Shown here: positions 58,172 to 64,000 of the stretch, one piece after another
Position numbering within the stretch: position 1 is the first letter of the stretch
How the letters are laid out: every line of letters begins with the position of its first letter
Source of the DNA: Eledone cirrhosa
Lineage: Eukaryota
NCBI GenBank assembly: GCA_964016885.1
Contig: OZ024744.1
Location: forward strand, 48,236,001-48,300,000
Direction of reading: 5' to 3'
DNA length: 64,000 nucleotides
The notes under the pieces: generated by a model
What the model saw: only the letters and a program-made list of their open reading frames with translations
Told to the model about the DNA's origin: nothing
The model's database searches: none
Made by a program: the position numbers and the translations under genes

Positions 58172-61100
58172 GACGTAAATAGAGTGAACGACAGAATAAT
58201 TAAAATAAGACTTGTCCTCAATAGAACTACTGTGACAATAATATCTACGTATGCACCCCAATACGGACTGCCTGGCGTTATAAAAGACACGTTCTATGAG
58301 TCGTTAATGCTCACTACATCCCAAATAACCGACAGTGACTATATAATTATTGCTGGCGACCTAAATGGTCACATTGGACAACACTGTGACGGCTATGACG
58401 GAATCCATGGAGGCTATGGGTTTGGTACTAGAAATGAGGAAGGCTCCAGAATCCTGGAATTCCACGACGCAAATAACCTAACTATCTGTAACACAAACTT
58501 CAAAAAACGAGACATTCACTTGATCACCTATAGATCAGGGGAACATACCAGTCAGATAGATTATATCCTTACCAGAAGACGTGACAGAGTGTCTATTGTA
58601 AACACTAAATCCCTCCCCCATGAAGAATGCACCCCCCAACATAGCCTCATAGTTAGCGACCTCATAGTCAGGACGAGACGTACTCGACAACAGAGGAGGA
58701 CTATCCTTAGGAGAAAAATATGGAAGTTATAGGACCCCACAGCCAGTAACAAATTTAAAAGCATATTACTTGATGCTTTTGACAGTAAGGAAGAGCAATT
58801 AGAGTCGTACAATATAGAGGAATAGTGGGAATTCCTGAAAGCTAACCTGCTGAAGGCGACAGATGAAATCTGTGGTTGGAGCAGACCTATAGGGAGGAGG
58901 AGAGTAACTTGGTGGTGGAACAGTAAGGTGGAGGAGTCAATCAAGGCCAAAAAGCAGGCTTGGAAAGTATGGGGGAAGTAGAGAAGACTATCAAGTGGCC
59001 AGGAGGGAAGCTAGGAGACAAGTGTACTTCGCAAGAAGGGAAGTAGAGGAAAGAAAGTTCAAGCACGTTCTACAACGTGAGGACCAAAAACGTGAGGTGT
59101 TCAGGATTGCTAGGCAATCTGTCAAGGAAAACCATGATATTGTCGGGGAGAAATGTGTCCGTAATGATGATAGTGTACTTGCCATCACTGACGCTGATAA
59201 GAAGGTAGCTTGGAAGTGTCACTACGAAAGGCTACTAAATGAGGAGAATAAATGGGAGAAAGACAGTCTCCCCCACATCGATCCAATAGAGGGACCAGCA
59301 GTGCAAGTTGAGGGTAGTATAATAAGTAAGGCAATCAAAGATATGAAGATGGGCAAGGCGGCTGGGCCTTCGGAAATAGTTGCTGAAATGCTGAAAGCAT
59401 CTGGAACGGTGGGACACACTATGGTCACCCGGATAGTAAACCAAGTCATACAGAATGGGGTCGTACCAAAGGACTGGCGTAGCAGCCTCATCATTAACTG
59501 CTACAAGGGTAAAGGAGATGCCCTAGATAGAGGAAACTATAAAGGCATTAAATTAATTGACAAGGTCATGAAGGTCACAGAAAAAGTAATAGCGCAACTA
59601 ATCAGAGAGCGAATTGATCTAGATGAAGTGGAGTTTGGGTTTGTGTCAGGTAAAAGTACCACAGACGCTCTTTTCATTGTACGACAACTACAGGAGAAGT
59701 ACCTAGCTAAAAGTAAACCCCTATACTTAGCTTTCGTTGACTTTATCTGGTGAGCTCTCAGAAAACTAGGTGTTGATGAATGGCTTGTGAGAGCTATACA
59801 AGCCATGTATAAAGAAACAGTCAGCAAGGTTAGAATTAACAACGAATATATTGAAGAGTTTAGCCTAAAAGTTGGTGTTCATCAGGGTTCCGTCCTTAGC
59901 CCCCTCCTATTTATTATTGCCCTTCAGGCTATAACAGAGGAGTTCAAGACCGGCTGCCCATAGGAACTTCTATACGCAGATGATCTAACGCTCGTAGCCG
60001 AATCAATGGCTAAACTAGAGAAGAAATTCCAAACATGGAAGCATGGCCTAGAATCAAAAGGCCTTAAAATTAACTTGTCTTAGACTAAAGTTCTAATATG
60101 TAGGAAGGGAAATAGGGCACTGATCCCATCTGAGAAATGGCCATGCTTAGTGTGTAGGAAAGGAGTAGGCAGAAACTCCATTTTATGTCCCAAATGCAAA
60201 GTATGGGTGCATAAAAGATGTAGTGGGATCACAGGTAAGCTAAATAAGAATATAGATTTTATATGTGGCCGGTGCTCAGGTGCAATAAGTAGCAGCAAGT
60301 GCCCACAGAATACTAGCTCATTCCATTGCCCAGATGGTTCTATAGAAATAGTGGACACCTTCCATTACCTGGGTGACAAAATCAGCAGTGGTGGAGGGTG
60401 CCCCAAAAGTACAGTAGCTAGAGACAGAACGGGATGGAAAAAGTTCAGAGAGCTTATACCACTATTGGCTGCTAAAGGTTTCTCTCTAAAAATGAAAGGC
60501 AGGCTGTATGATGCCTGCATACGAACAGCGATGTTACATGGCAGTGAGACATGGGCCTTGTGTGCAGAGGATCTGCGCAGACTGGAGAGGAACGAAGTTT
60601 GCATGCTCCGCTGGATGTGTAATAGTAATATACGTGAACGGCAAAGCATAAATGAACTAAGGGAGAAATTAGGAATAAGAGGGATCAGATGTTTACTCGA
60701 GAGAAGACTACGTTGGTACGGTCACGTGATATGCATGAAAGATGACAGCTGCATAAAAAAAGTGCAGGGCGATAAAAATAGACGGTAGCTACGGAATAGG
60801 CAGACCCAGAAAAACCTGGGACAACTTGATAAATTCTGACCTCACACACTTACACCTCTTCAAGACAATGTCAACGGACCGAGATCTTTGGCGCTACGCA
60901 GTAATACAGAAGACCCGCCTTGCCTAAGTACAAAGCAAAACCTACAGTCAGTAGAAACCTCTTAACCAAAATACATCCCCTTCCTACTACCCCTACCCCC
61001 ACCGCCATCCACACCACCCCTTTTCGATATAAAGTTATGTTGGTACCACAACATCCAGTCCTAAATAAATGAGGTCGTGTAGGTGTCACAACAAAAAAAC

Positions 61101-61327
61101 ACACAGTCCACGCTGTAATGTGGCCGTGTAGGTAACATGGTAAAAACCTCCCAGTCCCACACTGTAAACATGGTTGGTGTTAGGAAGGGCATCCAGCTGT
61201 AGAAAACCCGCCAGACAGTCCTGAGCAAGACAACCAATCTTGCCTCAAGTGGGACAATTCCCGTCCAGACCCATGCTAGCGTGGAAGATGGACGTTAAAC
61301 GATGATGATGATGATGATGATGATGAT
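58172..61327 (+). mobile_element. RTE-clade LINE, 5'-truncated within the APE domain, pseudogenised, (GAT)n tail
   Basis: APE motifs YAPQ, AGDLNGHIG, SQIDYIL, PQH. RT motifs KAAGP, FGFVSGKSTTDA, GVHQGSVLSP, LLYADD. Cys-rich insert at 60140-60275. RLRWYGHV. In-frame stops. Tail at 61301-61327. Confidence 0.95.
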
Positions 61328-61551
61328 ACAAAATACAAAATGTAAAACATTCAAATTTTAGTAAACTAAGATTTGATTGTTTATATTTTGTATCTCGGCT
61401 TTGTAATACATTTAATAATTTACATTGAGCCTTTTCTCTTACTGGTAATTGGCTAGTGCTTAGTACTACCCTCCATATTCATAATTATATATAAACCATA
61501 TATAAGTATAAATATTATTATTACTATATTATTACTATATATATATATAAA

Positions 61552-62692
61552 TCAAAGTCAACCTGACAAAGACTAAGGTTCTTGTAAGTAGACGAGAAAA
61601 CAGAACCCAGATTCCCTCATGGAAATGGCCTTGCTCAGTATGTAGCAAAGGTGTAGGTAGGAACTCCATCCTCTTCCCCCAATGCAAACAAAGGATACAC
61701 AAGTGATGTAGTGGGATCTCAGGAAGATTAACTAAGAATGTAGGCTTCACATGTAGCAGCTGGGCTGGGACAGCAAGCAGCAAACGACCACAGGAAACAA
61801 GTACCACCAATCTCTGGGAGGGCTCTGTAGAAACAGTAAACAGCTTCTGCTACCTAGGGGACCGAATTAGCAGCGGAGGTCGGTGTTCTGAAAGTACAAT
61901 AACTAGGGTAAGAATGGGATGGAAGAAGTTCAGGGAGCTACTGCCACTGCTAGCTGCAAAAGGCTTCTCCCTCAAAGTGAAAGGCAGACTGTATGATGGT
62001 GTATCCGAACAGCAATGTTACATGGTAGTGAGACCTGAAGGTGGAAGACTTACGTAGATTAGAAAGAAACAAAGCCTGCATGCTCCGATGGATGTGTAAT
62101 AGAAATATACGCAAATGGCAAAGTATAAACAAATTGAGAGAGAGACTAAGAGGAATGAAATGGTGTGTGTTGGAGAGGAGGTTACGTTGGTATGGACATG
62201 TGATGCCTATGAAGGCTGACAGATGCATAAAAAGGTGCAGACCACTAGAAGTCGATGGAAGCCGCGGAGTGGGGAGACCCAAGAAGTCCTGGGATGAGGT
62301 GATAAAGGCTGACCTTACCCAATTGCACTTCTCAAGGGCAATGACAAATGACCATGACCTCTGGCGTCACACAGTAATACAGAAGACCCGACCTCCCACA
62401 GGAAAAAGCCGAAGCTGAAGCATATAGACTATATCCCCCACTGCAAAGTGGTCGTGGAGGTGCCACGGGAAAAAAGCACCCAGCCCACACTGTAAAGTGG
62501 ATGTGTAGGCACCACGGAAAAAAAGCACCCAGCATTCACTGTAAATGAGGTTGGTTTTAGGAAGGGCATCCAGCTGTAGAAATCAAGCCAAAATCAGTTC
62601 CTGTATGAGCAAGACACTGTCAGCCGACTGGACACTGCCCACAACAGGACAACCCATCTAACCCATGCTAGCGTGGAAGAACGGACGTAAAA
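61552..62692 (+). mobile_element. Second RTE copy (related subfamily), 5'-truncated
   Basis: KVNLTKTKVL, WPCSVCSKGVGRNSI, RRLRWYGHV, GRPKKSW; 3' UTR like copy 1. Confidence 0.9.
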
Positions 62693-62696
62693 TATT

Positions 62697-64000
62697 TAGG
62701 ACTGAATGTTGTGGTACCAACATAACTTTACAGAGGAAGGGATGGTGTAGATAGGGGTGGGGGTAGGGGTAGTGGGACGGGGGGTGTTTTTGGTTAAGAA
62801 GTGCCTACTGACCCATACTTTGCATTTGGGACATAAAATGGAGTTTCTGCCTACTCCTTTCCTACACTCTGAGCATGGCCATTTCCCAGAGGGACCCAGA
62901 GCCCTATTTTCCTTCCTACATACTAGAACTTTAGTCTTAGACAAGTTAACTTTAAGGCCTTTTGATTCTAGGCCATGCTTCCATGTTTGGAATTTCTTCT
63001 CTAGTTCAGCCATCAATTCAGCTATGAGCATTAGATCATCTGCATATAGAAGTTCCCATGGGCAGCCAGTCTTGAACTCCTCTGTTATAGCCTGAAGGGC
63101 AATAATAAATAGGAGGGGGATAAGGACAGAGCCTTGATGAACGTCAGCTTTTACACTAAATTCTTCACTATATTCGTTGTTAATTCTAACCTTGCTGACT
63201 ATTTCTTTATACATGGCTTGTATAGATCTCACAAGTCATTCATCAACACCTAGTTTTCTAAGAGCCCACCAGATAATGAAGCAGGTGACTCTGTCAAAGG
63301 CTTTCTCTAAGTCAACAAAAGCTAAGTATAGGGGTTTACTTTTAGCTTGGTACTTCTCCTGTAGTTGTCGTACAAGGAAAAGAGCATCTGTGGTACTTTT
63401 ACCTGACACAAAACCAAACTGCATTTCATCTATATCAATTCGCTCTCTGATTAGTTGCGCTATAATTCTTTCTGTGACCTTCATGACCTGGTCAATTAAT
63501 TTAATGTCTCTATAGTTTCCCCTCTCTAAGGCATCTCCTTTACCCTTGTAGCAGTTAATGATGATGCTGGTACACCAGTCATTTGGTATGACCCCATTCT
63601 GTATGACTTGGTTTATTATCCGCGTGTCTCACCGATCCAGATGCTTTCAGCATTTCAGCAACTATCTCCGATGGCCCAGCTGCTTTGCCTGACTTCATAT
63701 CTTTGATTGCCTTACTTATTATACTACCTTCAACTTGCACTGCTGGTCCCTCTATTGAATCGATTGGGGGCAGACTATCTTTTTCCCACTTATTCTCCTC
63801 ATTTAGTAGCCTCTCGTAGTGACACTTTCAAGCTACCTTCTTATCAGCATCAGTGATGGCAAGTATACCATCATACTTCTCCCCGACAATATCATGGTTT
63901 TCCTTGACACATTGTCTAGCAATCCTGAACACCTCATGTTTTTGGTCCTCACATTGTAGAACATGCTTGAACTTTCTTTCCTCTGCTTCCCTTCTTGCAA
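62697..64000 (-). mobile_element. Third RTE copy (close to copy 1), internally deleted, runs off the window end
   Basis: ORFs 63236-63484 and 62696-63232: FVDLEKAFDRV, HQGSVL, LLYADD. Reverse complement matches 59030-60208, then jumps to 60947-61062. Confidence 0.93.

Noticed and set aside
62800-62820. RTE copy-3 deletion as a spliced-out GT..AG intron
   Set aside because: Splicing at GTGCAT..CTACAG of copy 1 would give GTATGGTCAG, one G short of the observed GTATGGGTCAG; microhomology deletion fits exactly.

Overview
Gene-free, repeat-saturated eukaryotic (animal) DNA. The SINE type, RTE 3' UTRs, (TA)n density and GC-rich 28S expansion segments suggest an octopus/cephalopod genome (inference from recalled repeat families, not a search). 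1-25.9 kb is a 31/36-bp satellite with kb-scale higher-order duplications. 26.3-32.9 kb is a 48-bp satellite. It abuts an orphan minus-strand 28S rDNA 3' fragment that is fused head-to-head to a CRE-like non-LTR retrotransposon remnant. 34.7-64 kb is a nest of decayed mobile elements: hAT, CsRn1-type Gypsy, Penelope-like, RTE, Dong/R4, CR1, two Helitrons, pogo, SINEs and MITEs. No intact host gene is supported. The best non-obvious signal is a set of minimal type-I hammerhead ribozyme motifs: four with intact cores (40655, 48511, 55485, 56370) and one core-mutated (57785). One lies in the Penelope 3' UTR; the others lie in mutually dissimilar, short non-coding modules embedded in (TA)n tracts. 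Several fold-back inversions occur in the same region.
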